Origin: Eledone cirrhosa
Taxonomy: Eukaryota
Assembly: GCA_964016885.1 (NCBI GenBank)
Contig: OZ024742.1
Coordinates: 138,012,001-138,076,000, forward strand
Reading direction: 5' to 3'
DNA length: 64,000 nt
Shown here: positions 51,648 through 63,751 of the stretch, piece after piece
Numbering within the stretch: the stretch's first letter is position 1
How the letters are laid out: each line of letters opens with the position of its first letter
Notes under the pieces: model-generated
Told to the model about the DNA's origin: nothing
Seen by the model: only the letters and a program-made list of their open reading frames with translations
Databases searched by the model: none
Program-made: the position numbers and the translations under genes

Positions 51648-51656
<9 letters not shown>
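50851..51656. mobile_element. Inverted-terminus element (family F) containing an RTE RT fragment at ~51080-51420 (-)
   Basis: Termini atattgttatactttgggagggtcatgttg / caatatgaccctccccaaatataacaatat. 51410-51656 aligns with 53760-53999. Internal minus-strand QDWFDAIL...CGNSCGISLLSVVGNIF. Confidence 0.7.
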
Positions 51657-51686
<30 letters not shown>

Positions 51687-52829
51687 TAGATAGATATATA
51701 TATCATCCATAAACAGCATTGTTCTCGGTGCAAAACCCTTCCTTACGTTAGTCACCTGAGAATTCTGGTTAAAGCATGTTTATAAAAAAAAAAGAAATTA
51801 AGTGGTGTAATCAATCTGAAATCATAAATTGTGAAAAAAAAAACGGTTAAAGCTAAGAATGTGTCTGGTAAATGCGGCAAATTGGCAGAGTCGTTAGAGC
51901 GTCACGTAGAATCACTTGCGGTATTCGTTTCTGCTCTCTGTTCTCTGAGCTCATTTCCCGGCGAGGTGAAGTTTGCATTTCATCCATTGAAGTTCGATAA
52001 AATAAAAAGAGAAATACCAGTCTAGTACTGCGGTTGATTTTTCTCTGTATCATTTTCTTATTTCGATTCTCTCAATTTATGTCTTTTTCTGGAAGAAATC
52101 TGCTGTATTCAGACCTGGAGAGGGGATGGGCCGTACCATGTCGAAAAATGCTCCAGAACTACCAGTTTCCAACAGGCTCAGGTATGACTACGCCAGCAGT
52201 CACGGGACACATCTTGTGAAACAATTAAAGGGGTTAGATTTATTAAGCGGTCATGCTGTATCATATTCAAAACATTAAACCAAGATTAACGGTTGATCAA
52301 TATGATTTCATATAATTTAGTAAAATATTGATATAAAATACAGTACTAAATAATAAATAATCACGTATTGTGAAAGTAAATTAGAGTTATTAAATGAAAA
52401 TTACTTAATTTTAAACTGAATGTACAGTTGTTTTGGAAAACTGTATGAATAAATAACGATTCTAATTTGATAATGGTAAGACGAAAATATATGGTAAATG
52501 AATATAAGTATAATATAGAGAAACAAAAAAGGATAATCAAAAAGTCTGCATCAAATTACCCCCAGTCTGCGGGGGTTTAACTCATCTCATTCCGGTGGGG
52601 ACTGTGGCATGTTTACAGGTATTGAATGCCTACGATGTAGCATTTAGGTAGATTAATGTATCCGATGAACTATTTCATTTTTCTTTCTCAGAATCACAGA
52701 AGACTCATTGCTTGCTGGGTATTCCGAGTTCACATTTAACATAAACGTAATTCCCGAGTAGATTCACTATAACACACTGAGGCGCAAAAGCCGGTCCAGT
52801 GAGATGAAATTACAGTTCATTTTACATTA

Positions 52830-52975
52830 TTCCAAACAATTTCCGTCTACCTAATTTCACTCACAAGGAATGGGTCGATGCGAGAGTAGGGTAAACGTCA
52901 CTAACACACAAATCCTATTTAGTGGGATCGAATCCGAGATCTAATAGTTATTAAGCAAACATCATAAGAAGTCGG
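52830..52975 (-). mobile_element. Highly decayed SINE fragment
   Basis: ttccgtctacctaatttcactcacaagg...agtgggatcgaatcc (reverse B-box). Confidence 0.45.
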
Positions 52976-53530
52976 CAATTCTGTGACAGTAATGAGCATT
53001 CTAGCATGCCAGTACAATGTTTCAAGCTTGTACTAATCGAGATTTGTGCTGAAGAAAAAGAAAATTGTACATGAACAATATTTGCTCGCCTATTAAATAA
53101 CACCGTGTCAATCGTTTGTGTGACACAAATAACTCTCTAGAAGGTGTTAACATTAACCTGGGGCACATACCCAACACAGATATCATTGCAATAAGGTTAG
53201 ACATGAATTACTAAATATATATATATATATATACAACGAACAGCGGAGGACACGTTTCGCACCTTTCCGACAGACAACCTTTCTACCCCCCCCCCCCGAA
53301 AAAAACCCAGTTGATGGATGTTAATCCGAAATATATAGGGACGACAATTAAATCTCTCCCAAGGTAACTCTATCTCGTGTTATTATTTTTATGTTTATCC
53401 TTTACGCTCTTTCCTACAGTCTTCTACACGCCACGCATCTCAACGTACACCCACTTAGATCTCTCTCTCCACCACCGGATCTTGTTACCCGGAGACTTAC
53501 CCATCTGCATTGTCGAGGCTTCCAAACGAC

Positions 53531-53578
<48 letters not shown>

Positions 53579-53642
53579 GTGTGTATATATATTGTTTTGC
53601 GAGGTTTTCGATATGAAATCGTGTGTCGAAACAAATATTTTT

Positions 53643-53992
53643 ATACTTCGGGAGGGTCTATTGTTGTAATAATATTGCCAGAATTAATAAAAAAAAACAC
53701 ACTCATAAACACACAAATAAAGATGGCGTAAATATACAATACAACAGGAGGATCATAATAGCACCACTGACGATGTTGCAGATGTGCAACGAAAGAACTC
53801 TGTTAGACTATATATATGTGTTTATATATATATATTATATCTGTATTTTTTTTCCTTTGGTCCGTCAATGGTAAACATTGAGGACCGAATGAAATAACTG
53901 ATGTAAAAGATGCAGAAGCGAAAACCAACCAAACAGTGTTCTGTTATTAATTCTGGAAATATTATTACAACAATATGACCCTCCCCAAGTAT

Positions 53993-53999
<7 letters not shown>
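53643..53999 (+). mobile_element. Family F inverted-terminus element with a hammerhead-like motif at 53767-53800
   Basis: 53643-53690 inverted vs 53943-53992. CTGACGA-t-gttgca gatg tgcaac-GAAA-gaactct; no clean stem I or NUH. Confidence 0.65.
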
Positions 54000-54033
<34 letters not shown>

Positions 54034-54074
54034 CGAAACATAAGTCAATTGCATGAACTCATAATCCTTTATTT

Positions 54075-54130
54075 ACTGCTATATATATTTCGATGATAGC
54101 CATTGAATGGCTATGACCTCATCAGGCAGT
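54075..54130 (-). ncRNA. Minimal type-I hammerhead ribozyme
   Basis: Minus strand actgc-CTGATGA-ggtcatagcca ttcaa tggctatcatc-GAAA-tatat-ATA-gcagt. Perfect stem I, palindromic AT stem III, followed by AATAAA. Confidence 0.88.
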
Positions 54131-54443
54131 TAGTCAGTTTTTAGATATGCCAGCTCTGTGTTTATGGTGTTGATGGTATCAGAGCCTTGGGACATATGAG
54201 CTTGTTAGGAATAATTTAATGTTGTCAGCAGGAATAGTCTTAATTCTCATTGGTCAGTTTGAAGATCCTAGTAGGGTTGGTATTTGACCTCAAAGAGGCA
54301 GGTGGTGTTGTAAAGTTCAAAGCGTCAGGCAAGATGACAATAGTTCCATATGACTGATTTTCACAAAAATCATTCCTGGTCAGATATATATTCCATTGAG
54401 GTTAATAGTATGAAATAGATACTACAGGTCATTCTTAAATCTT

Positions 54444-54732
54444 AAATTGAGGAATTTATGTGGAGTGGTACTGCTGAAAATTATGGTTAGAGTTGAATAC
54501 TAGAAAATTTACAAATAGAAAGACTTATATAGGTTGACTTGCACATACACTCACACCCACCTCCACAGACACACACGTCCACACATACAAATTGAGGAAT
54601 TAATGTGGGGTGGTAATACTGAAAATAGTGATTAGAGTCAAATACTTAGAAAGTTTAGAAATTTTAGAAATAAAAAGACTTATGTTGGTTGACTTGTACA
54701 TACACTCACACCTACCCCTTCAGACACACACA
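54444..54732. repeat. Diverged ~146-bp tandem duplication
   Basis: aaattgaggaat..atgtgg..tggta..gctgaaaat...gacttat..ggttgacttg.acatacactcacacc at 54444 and ~54590. Confidence 0.8.
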
Positions 54733-55459
54733 CACATCTACACACAAATCCATTTAGTTGTGTGTGTATATATATATGTACGCACAAGTGCATATATATA
54801 TACAACAGAGGCCCCCAAATCCAAGTATAAGGCAGACATAAAACTAGGTGGGTCTTATTTTTAAAGAAAAGTAAAGTGGGTGTTTGGAAAAGTTATTGTT
54901 TTGACTAGACAAAAGTAGAGTGTGATATATATCTTCACAGCAATAGCTTGGGGGCTTTGGAGCTTAGGCGAATCCCTTAGTACAGACATATATACCCACC
55001 CACACTTTTATACTTCTGGATGCGCGTGTATGTCTATATACACATGTGCACTCATACAAGAGAGCATATACAAATATACTCTTAAGCATACACTCGAACA
55101 TTTTTCAAATCCAACCTGGGGTATTAGTATTTCGTTGCGTTCACATGAGTGTGTATATTCAGGCAGTCCCAGTATACACACACAATGCACGGTTGCGGGC
55201 ACTCATTCATGCGTATAGGGTTAGTACCTTGGGATAATTGTTCTTCCTGGGTGGGCCGCTCTCGGGGGGGGGGGGGGGATTCGTCAGGTTCAATAAATGT
55301 GGTTTTGTTGTCTCCAAACAGTAGAGGATCCGATAGACCATCCACCATATGGACCACTAGCTATGGGTGGTTGTTGTTGTCCATTGGTCATTGGTTAGGG
55401 GTGTAGGAGACCTACAGGTGTGGGGGGGGGCGTTGTGGGAGGCGTTAACCGGTGTTTAT

Positions 55460-57042
55460 CCATATAGCTTGAGGAAAGTTCCCGTCCTTAGGTGTCTGCA
55501 GGCGCCGAATAAGTCGGCCTTTCAGTTTAATAGCTTGGTTCCGCCATGAAGTATCTCGAGTGTCTCACTAAGACAGAGGTTGCAAATACCAGACCCGCCT
55601 CTGTCTGGGGGAACCTTTCTAATCACGGACCAGACCGGAGAGTGCGGGGTATTTTCAAGTTTGAGCTTCCAGATCAATTCAGAAAGGGCCGTACATTTCC
55701 CCTTTTCTATTCTCTTAAAGGAATGGCGATGGTTATACCACCTATCTTTGAAGCTAGTCGCTGTGGATCCTATGTAATGGTGCTCCGAGTTAGGGGTTGT
55801 GACCTTGCACCTGTAGACTACGTTTTTCGTCATGCATTCATTACTAAGGGGGCATAGTGATGGCTCTCTGCAATTACATGACTTCTTAAGCCCCAGCACA
55901 TGTACCGCGTGGTTACCATCACTCGGGGTTGGCTGGGTAGCCGCCGCAATCAGCACAGGGTCGTTGGGTTCCGGTGCTAGTTAGGCCTGTTCGGGGTTTG
56001 GTGTCCCCGCGTGCTGGTTCAGTTGGGTGGCTCCGGGGTTTACGGTGGTATTAGAGGCAGTGAGCCTATTCCTATTTATGCCGACTATGTGCTGAGCTAC
56101 GGAGCGTGTGGTTGAGTAGGAAAGTTTCACCGTGTGCCTGTTGAATATTTTATGGTACTTGTGGGCCCTAGGGAAACATTTATCCAGTACTCTAAAGATT
56201 GTTCTAGCCAGGCTGGTACGTAGACCCACCGAGTACGGAGGGTTATACCATGTGACATTCCTGGTCCTATTCTTGCGGGGTTGTTGGGTGTCCGCCGTGG
56301 CCCATCGCGGGGTTGTGCACAGCTCAAGTCGAGCTCGGTTGGTGTCACTCAGGTGTGCGGAGCGGTCACTATCATGAGGGTTATATGGGCCCACCGTGGG
56401 GCTATAAACCTGTGCGGTGCGGTCTCCCTGCTCAATTAGGGTTCGGCGGGTGGTGGGGCCGGTGCAGGGGTGCCTATTCTCCGCAGCACAGTGGTCTTCA
56501 GCGTTGTAGATATTAGACCGGTGGGGTATGCGGGACCTTCTACCGGGGGTGGTCACGGATAGGGTCTGGGAGTGTTACTACTGGTCACCGAGGTATTAAG
56601 TGGGCGACTCATGCCCCTGAGGGTATCGGTCCGGGGTAACCTTGGGTCATCTCGATCATGTCCCTTAGGGTTATAGCTGATCCTATGGCTGTGGGACGCC
56701 TTAGCTAGCGCTGAGTTATAGTAATGAGCATTACTATTGAAGAATTCTTTATTGGCTGACAAGTCAGAGATCCTGTCAGAGACACTCTTAACTACGGCCT
56801 TAACTATAGATCTAGGGTGGTTGGACACAGCGTTGATATACACCAACTTCTCATTGGGTTTATGATATGGGTGGTGTAGCTTGGTGTTGAGGTTGAGGGT
56901 GGTGTCCAAGAAATTCACTACTTTTCTATTGGGTTGCATCTCTACTTTAAGTCCTACTTTGCTAAAGAAGTGCCTAATTCTCCTCTTCATATTTTCGACC
57001 ATTGTGGTGCTGTGGTCCACTACAGTGAAGAGTGCATCGTCT

Positions 57043-57045
<3 letters not shown>
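55460..57045 (-). mobile_element. 5'-truncated Naiad-clade Penelope-like element (RT palm/thumb, linker, GIY-YIG)
   Basis: RDDALF at the 5' break, VNFLDTTLNL...PYHKPN...YINAVSNHP, RNVTWYNPPYS...FNRHTVKLSYS, CNC.....CPL...C...NVVYRC...YIGST...FKDRWYNH, CNLCLSE...CRH. One frameshift and two in-frame stops. Confidence 0.95.
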
Positions 57046-57098
<53 letters not shown>

Positions 57099-57157
57099 GA
57101 AGTAATTCCGTCGGAAAAGTTGTTTAAAATCCAAATTCAATAAACAGACCAGGATTT

Positions 57158-57217
57158 TTTCATTCTGAGGATTGAAAGCAAAATCTTTTGCTTTTAAGAA
57201 ACCACTGGTAAATGGAA
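57158..57217 (+). ncRNA. Type-I hammerhead ribozyme, complete
   Basis: tttcatt-CTGAGGA-ttgaaagcaaaa tc ttttgcttttaa-GAAAC-cactg-GTA-aatggaa. Long stem II, stem III ACC/GGT, in a ~150-bp island between (TA)n tracts. Confidence 0.88.
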
Positions 57218-57238
57218 TAATTGCCTTATGTTGTTTAT

Positions 57239-57281
<43 letters not shown>

Positions 57282-57286
57282 CAAAA

Positions 57287-57490
57287 AACAAAGAAAAGTG
57301 TTGTAAGGAAGCAGGTGGACGATAACGCACCAGAATACTCGATACTTAGGGTAGTAGAGTGGGTAATAGGAAAGGAGTCAGGACCCCGACGGCTGAGCTC
57401 CGGCCATTTCGACAGCATGGTCGGAGCTGAGTTCGGTCCTAGCTGTCGAAACTGCCGGAGCTCAGCCGTCGGAATCCTGACCTTTTCCTA
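57287..57490. mobile_element. Family B variant terminal repeat with fold-back
   Basis: 57367-57415 inverted vs 57442-57490; both arms carry the hammerhead 3' half (GAAA..gccggagctcagcc-GTC). Confidence 0.82.
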
Positions 57491-57545
57491 TATATATATA
57501 TATATAATATATGAGATCAAAAGATGGTTAAAAGAGTTCCATTTA

Positions 57546-57612
57546 TTTTATTATGCGCATTTCAAAAACAAATATCATCATGCAATAACATTTGTGTTTT
57601 CATCAGATAAAA
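57546..57612 (-). ncRNA. Minimal hammerhead ribozyme (family E, inverted copy)
   Basis: Reverse complement of 57739-57805. Confidence 0.85.
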
Positions 57613-57738
57613 TAGGAAGACATGATATGAAGGTTAAAAAACACTTGTGTATAGTGCAGTTTTAAATATGATTTCATATGTAGATTTAAAACTGCACTAT
57701 CCACAAGTGTTTTTTAACCGTCATGTTATGTCTTCCTA

Positions 57739-57805
57739 TTTTATCTGATGAAAACACAAATGTTATTGCATGATGATATTTGTTTTTGAAATGCGCATAA
57801 TAAAA
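57739..57805 (+). ncRNA. Minimal hammerhead ribozyme (family E)
   Basis: ttttat-CTGATGA-aaacacaaatgtta...tgatatttgttttt-GAAA-tgcgc-ATA-ataaaa. Stem III palindrome ATGCGCAT. Confidence 0.88.
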
Positions 57806-57930
57806 GACATGGAACTCTTTTAACCATCTTTTGATCTTATATATTATGTATACTCCAGTCCTACAAACTGTAGAGTGCTTCTTATCCGATATCTGCATTG
57901 CTTTATTGTACTACAATAAAACTCACCTCC

Positions 57931-58025
<95 letters not shown>

Positions 58026-58647
58026 GATGTATCCCTAGATATTCAATGCTTATAATAACAGAAATTATGCCAACGAGCGATTAGCATATAAAGAGAAAGA
58101 CAGAAAATCAATACGTACGCAACGAAAGTTGACTTAGACTCGTTCACACAAATTATATACGTGGTGGTATTAGTGTAATATTTGGATAGCTTTTATATTC
58201 AGTTAGCTTTATTTTATGGTGGGTGATTGTGCTGTTAGTGTTTATTGGGTTCTTGATAATTTGGTGATTGTTCAATATGTTCACACATTTAGGTTAAGAA
58301 AAAGAATTAAGTAAGAGAAAACTGATGTAATGAAGAATAAAACATAAATTGAAAGCAAACTTTCTTTCAGTTCATTCATTTTTGTGTATATTGCACAATC
58401 ATTGCATTCTTTATATTTAAAATGAATTTGTTTTAAAATTACTTTTCGTGTGTTTTAATTTTTTAAATGATCCTCAAATTTGATTATGAGATTTCCAGAA
58501 AATGTTTAAATAGAAAACGACATATGATTCTTTAACTTACTTATATTTAAGTATTTTTGCTATACGAGATTCCATTATATAGAATTTGTACAAGAAAAAT
58601 ATTATATATATATATATAATATATATATTGCCAGATATATATGTATG

Positions 58648-58684
<37 letters not shown>

Positions 58685-58688
<4 letters not shown>

Positions 58689-58736
58689 ATTAGCCGTCGA
58701 AACGGCTTGAGCTCAGCCGTCGGAGTCCTACTTGTT

Positions 58737-58740
<4 letters not shown>
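58685..58740 (+). mobile_element. Family B 56-bp fragment (hammerhead 3' half) inside (TA)n
   Basis: cagaattagccgtcGAAACggcttgagctcagccGTCggagtcctacttgttccta; matches 20701-20756. Confidence 0.85.
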
Positions 58741-58803
<63 letters not shown>

Positions 58804-58849
58804 CCATATATATATATATATATATATTGCCATATATATATATATATAT

Positions 58850-58916
<67 letters not shown>

Positions 58917-58947
58917 TTTATATGTATGTATATATATATATATATAA

Positions 58948-59267
58948 AATTGAAAAAGTGAAGAATAACATGATCAACAGTACAAAAAAGGGGATTTATT
59001 TACAGTCTAACAATTGTTTCTCTGATTAAGTTGTCTAAAAATTGCTGAACACAGAAGCAGTGCCTTTCAATTTCAAATACGATGTAGCTCAATCAGATCA
59101 TCAGTTTCTCATGATCTCATTGAGCTCACATCGTATTTGAAATTGAGAGACACTGCTTCTAGTGTTCAGCAATTTTTAGACAACTCAATCCGAAAAACAA
59201 TTGTTAGACTGTAAATAAATCCCCTTTTTTTATACTGTTGACCATGTTATTCGTCACTTTTTCAATT
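58948..59267. mobile_element. Fold-back (~155-bp arms) with a hammerhead core on the minus strand (59003-59104)
   Basis: 58948-59100 inverted vs 59112-59267. Minus strand CTGATGA-tctgattgag...cttaatcaga-GAAAC-aatt-GTT-agactg; the stem I 5' strand is missing at the inversion junction. Confidence 0.82.
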
Positions 59268-59451
59268 ACATTATTCCAAGATAAACTTACATAGGAATAC
59301 TAGTGAAATCATAACCTCGTCATGTACGTTAACCTCTTTTTGAGTCAAACAAACACCAAACGCTAAAACTATCCATAATAAGAAGTATTCACAACCTCTA
59401 ACTGGATTACCTATAACGATATTTTTTAATCCCTTATATATATATATATAT

Positions 59452-59593
59452 AATATAAGATCAAAATATGGTTAAAAGAGTTCCATGTTTTGATCTTATA
59501 TATTATTTATACTCCAGTCCTACAAACTGTAGAGTGCTACTTATCCGATATCTGCATTGCTTTATTGTACTACAATAAAACTCACCTCCTACA
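59452..59593 (+). mobile_element. Family E short copy (inverted stub plus 3' tail, ribozyme absent)
   Basis: 59452-59487 matches ~57505-57543 and 59488-59593 matches 57829-57933. Confidence 0.85.
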
Positions 59594-59761
59594 CATATAT
59601 ATATATATATCTGAATATGTATATATCTATAACATATTAATATATACATATGGAAATGTATGTTGGCTCACTTCAGGGAAGTTTAACCTCTCGAGTGTAT
59701 GTGATTATGCACCCTGTCTCCCTTCACTCTAGCTTTATGTACAACCAAGACCAACACAAAC

Positions 59762-59793
<32 letters not shown>

Positions 59794-59796
<3 letters not shown>

Positions 59797-60923
59797 AAAT
59801 TAAGATAGATTAACAGAATTCAATCAGAATCGAAATAGTAGGTAACAAGTAAATAAAGTTAACTAGCACTCCAAAAATATATACCTTTTAATGATTAATC
59901 TTCCCTGTATATATTTCATTAAAGAAATATATTTCACCAATTAATCAGATGGTAAGTAACGGAAAGTGGATATTATTGGATTATCAACAAGGAAGAATAA
60001 TATCAAGCGATCCATGTTTACACTTCGAGTCAAAATCTTAAACTGGCCGTTACCACGTGTTGATATTACACATCACAGCGGCTTCGTTTCAGTGGCGTGA
60101 ATAGCTATTTGACAACTAGAAATAGCAGTCAATTCCCTTCAACAGAGTTAGCTCTACAATTAAGGAGCAGTATTTATATATCTATATCCAAAAGGGAAGA
60201 TTAATCATTAAAAGATATATATTTTTGAAGTTCTAGTTAACTTTATTTACTTGTTACCTACTAGCCATGCGTGGTTACACGATTGTAGAAATTATCTCCT
60301 GTGATTTTTCATGTTTATATTTATTTATATATATGTTGATCAATTCCTAGTTATTATTAAATGCTCGTACCTACAAAGTCCTAGAGCTTATTTTCCGGGC
60401 GATATGGCGCATTCCGTTAAGGAATGACACCCACAATTTCGATTCTGATTGAATTCTTTTAATCTATCTTAATTTTGGATATAGATATATAAATACTGCT
60501 CCTTAATTGTAGAGCTAACTCTGTTGAAGGGAATTGACTGCTATTTCTAGTTGTCGAATACCTATTCACGCCACTGAAACGAAGCCACTGTGATGTGTAA
60601 TATCAACACGGGGTAACGGCGAGTTTAAGATTTTGACTCGAAGTGTAAACATGGATCGCTTGATATTATTCTTCCTTGTTGATAATGCAATAATATCCAC
60701 TTTCCGTGACTTACCATCTGATTAATTGGTGAAATATATTTCTTTAATGAAATATATACAGGGAAGATTAATCATTAAAAGGTATATATTTTTGAAGTTC
60801 TAGTTAACTTTATTTACTTGTTACCTCCTAGCCATGCGTGGTTACACGCTTGTAGAAATTATCTCCTGTGATTTTTCATGTTTATATTTATTTATATATA
60901 TGTTGATCAATTCCTAGTTATTA
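59794..60923. repeat. Rearranged element: 567-bp partial tandem plus two inverted segments
   Basis: 60193-60357 repeats at 60760-60923. 59835-60193 is inverted vs ~60473-60832, and 59794-59835 is inverted vs ~60436-60478. Confidence 0.88.
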
Positions 60924-61063
60924 TGTATATATATATATATATTCATTAGTTAAGCAAACCAGGACCACAAATTTCACAAGGAAGACGTTATTTAAAGAGT
61001 GTCAACATAGTTGCAGCTTAATGTAAGGAATAAGGTGTGTAATTATAGTTTAATGTAAGGAGT

Positions 61064-61258
61064 AATAATAATAATAATAATTGTTTCTACGTTAGACACA
61101 ATGCATTACCCAGTGCATTACTGGTACTTTATTTTATCGACCCCGTAAGGATGAAAGGCAAAGTTAACCTTGGCGGGATTTGAACTTAGAATGGCAAGGG
61201 CCGTAACTCTATACGTCAAAGCATGGCGTCCGACCCTCTACCAATACTGCCAATCCAC
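61064..61258 (-). mobile_element. tRNA-type SINE with (TTA)n tail
   Basis: Closely matches 35169-35354. Confidence 0.88.
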
Positions 61259-61860
61259 AATAATGTCCGTTTATAATTGTTTCGCTACTCCATATAATGT
61301 TTCTGGATCAATTGATTATAGATCATTATTGATCTGGTTCAGGTGAAGATAAGAAACTTAGGTAAAAATTATGGAGCGGCTCTTCAGAACTTCAAAAGAG
61401 ATAATGAAATATTGATAAAGATACGATGGAATAAGGAATATAAAGTAAAGTAAAGAAAAATGGTTACATGAATGTAATGTTCCATATATTGGTATTTCAC
61501 GACGGTGTCCTGGATCTATCTATTGTCTGCTATAGGCAAGCATTATTCTTCTGTTGAGGCTTTATAAAGCGAGATCTGCCTATGCGTAACAAAATGGCCA
61601 CCTAAGGATATTTACCTTACTAATTAGACTTTAAATAACGTCTTCCTTGTGAAATGTGTGGTCTTGCTTTGCTTAACTAATGAATATTTCCAGCTCTGTG
61701 CACCATACTCTCAGCATGAAGTCAGCCATCTATCTGCCTTCCACTGCATATTGCACATTGAGCACATTCCTTTACGCTTTTGGCTTCTAACAAATTCACC
61801 AATCTCTCTTCTCCTCTCCTATCTCCATCTCTCTCTTTAAGATGGGTTTACTCTTGAACC

Positions 61861-61929
<69 letters not shown>

Positions 61930-61980
61930 CATACATACATACATACATACATACACACACACTTATATACATACATATAT

Positions 61981-62033
<53 letters not shown>

Positions 62034-62539
62034 CACACAAATATAACATCATCCATAAAGAAATTCATTCATACATATATACTGTGCTTTCTTTAATATC
62101 TGTGTAAGTATATGTCAGTAAAATAAGTAGTTTTCGATTAACTCCGTTTCCATCTTAAGTGGTTTTCTTTGTAATGCCATTAGAAAATAAATATATAAAT
62201 ATTAACATGTAAATATATATATGAATAAATAAAAGCCTAAAACTAAGAGAAATATAGAGATCTTACGATTGTAAAATATCGTTACGATAATAAACAAAAC
62301 TGTTAAAAACCACTTGATAGATGAAAATGTCTGGGATGTAAGTGACCAATGTGGGAAACATATATTTCTGTTTCTTTATGTTTTACCTAACAACAGTTGT
62401 ACCTCGACTCACATTTTGTGAGAAGCAATGATTGATATTTATTGAGAACGTTTTAGGAGGCATTCCGTGACTGCGGATGATGTCTTTATGAACATTATAT
62501 CCAAACAATTTGCAAACTTATATACTACTACTGCTAATG

Positions 62540-62768
62540 ATAATAATAATTGTTTCTGATTCAGGCACAAGGTCAACAATTTCTTGGGGGGGGGGGGGGT
62601 TTCAGTCAATTAAATGGACCTCAGTTCATTACTGGTGCTTTATTTTTCGACCGCGTAAAGATGAAAGGCGAAGCTAACCTTGGCGGGATTTGAACACAGA
62701 ACCTAAAGAAACGTAACTCTATACTGCAAAGCATCTTATCCGACGCACTACCGATACTGTCAATTCAT
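62540..62768 (-). mobile_element. tRNA-type SINE
   Basis: ggcacaaggtcaacaattt...actggtgctttatttttcgaccgcgtaaagatgaaaggc...ggatttgaacacag; same family. Confidence 0.85.
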
Positions 62769-63680
62769 CAATAATAATAGAATTAAAAATCGTCAGTACA
62801 GCACTTTACACAAACTTATTCGACATCCAGCGGCGATATAAAAGCTGAGACCAGCAATGCGGTACACCAATGATGATTTCATAATTGATATCAGCTAAGT
62901 TGCTTTATGTCTTTCTGCCTGGAAGGCAAGCGTTTGGAGAAATGTACCCAAAGATTTGAGAGTATTGAAGGAATTTCATAAACAAAATAGGAGGTGGTAA
63001 GTTGAAGGTAGACGTCACAAAAATGGTTGGTAATTGCAATATATGCATTTTATAGTCACTTAAACTCATTTATCAGATAATATATTCTTTTGGTTTCTTG
63101 AATAGGAAATATTAAAACAAAGAGTTTCTATATTCCATGTTAGGTCTGATCAATATGCCGACATATAATCAATTTCCACGCCTAACATAATTGAGGGATG
63201 ACAAAGGGTTAACTTTATTTTTAGTGATTTAGAGAGAACCAATTTGTTATATATGGTTAATTCTTTTATTACGTTATAAACATAGAATTAGGAATACAGT
63301 ACATTGGGGTTATATGCCTTTACTTTATTTTGTTTCAGAGTACTGCTTGGCACTGATTTTTATGTTTGTTTTTCGGAAACACGATGCAATCGTAAAATTT
63401 GGTAAGCCCTTCAATGACAGAGGAATAATTTGTATTTCCCTTTTTCTCTTAGCAGCGAAAATTGCAGACGTCCACTGGAAGAACTCAACAATGTTAGAAG
63501 GGGGAAGTGCATCAATAAGCTAGTGTTTCGTTACATACATGAACAAAACTCATTTCAGACCAATTTCAAACAATACTAAAGAAACATGCAAATCGAGGTA
63601 TATTTCAATGAGAGTCTGGTAGCCCATGCACTTATATCTGGCTTACGATCGATAGGTGGATAGAGCCAGGTCCCTCGGCT

Positions 63681-63735
<55 letters not shown>

Positions 63736-63751
63736 AAATGTAAATCAGAGT

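Larger units (their letters stand above)
57505..57933 (+). mobile_element. Family E hammerhead element as a fold-back (163-bp arms)
   Basis: 57505-57667 inverted vs 57684-57846. The tail 57847-57933 recurs at ~59490-59593. Confidence 0.9.

Noticed and set aside
51734-52235. piggyBac-like MITE (aaccctt...aaggggtt)
   Set aside because: Terminal match is too short and there is no TTAA duplication on both sides.
55522-55524. In-frame TGA in the Naiad GIY-YIG region as selenocysteine
   Set aside because: Some Naiads encode Sec at conserved Cys positions. Here the conserved cysteines use TGT/TGC and the TGA falls at a K/R position (LLN*K), which fits CGA>TGA decay.
61320-63600. Possible host exons (splice-like signals near 62997 and 63450; also 39185 and 43240-43400)
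   Set aside because: No consistent open frame or recognisable protein; cannot be supported without RNA-seq.
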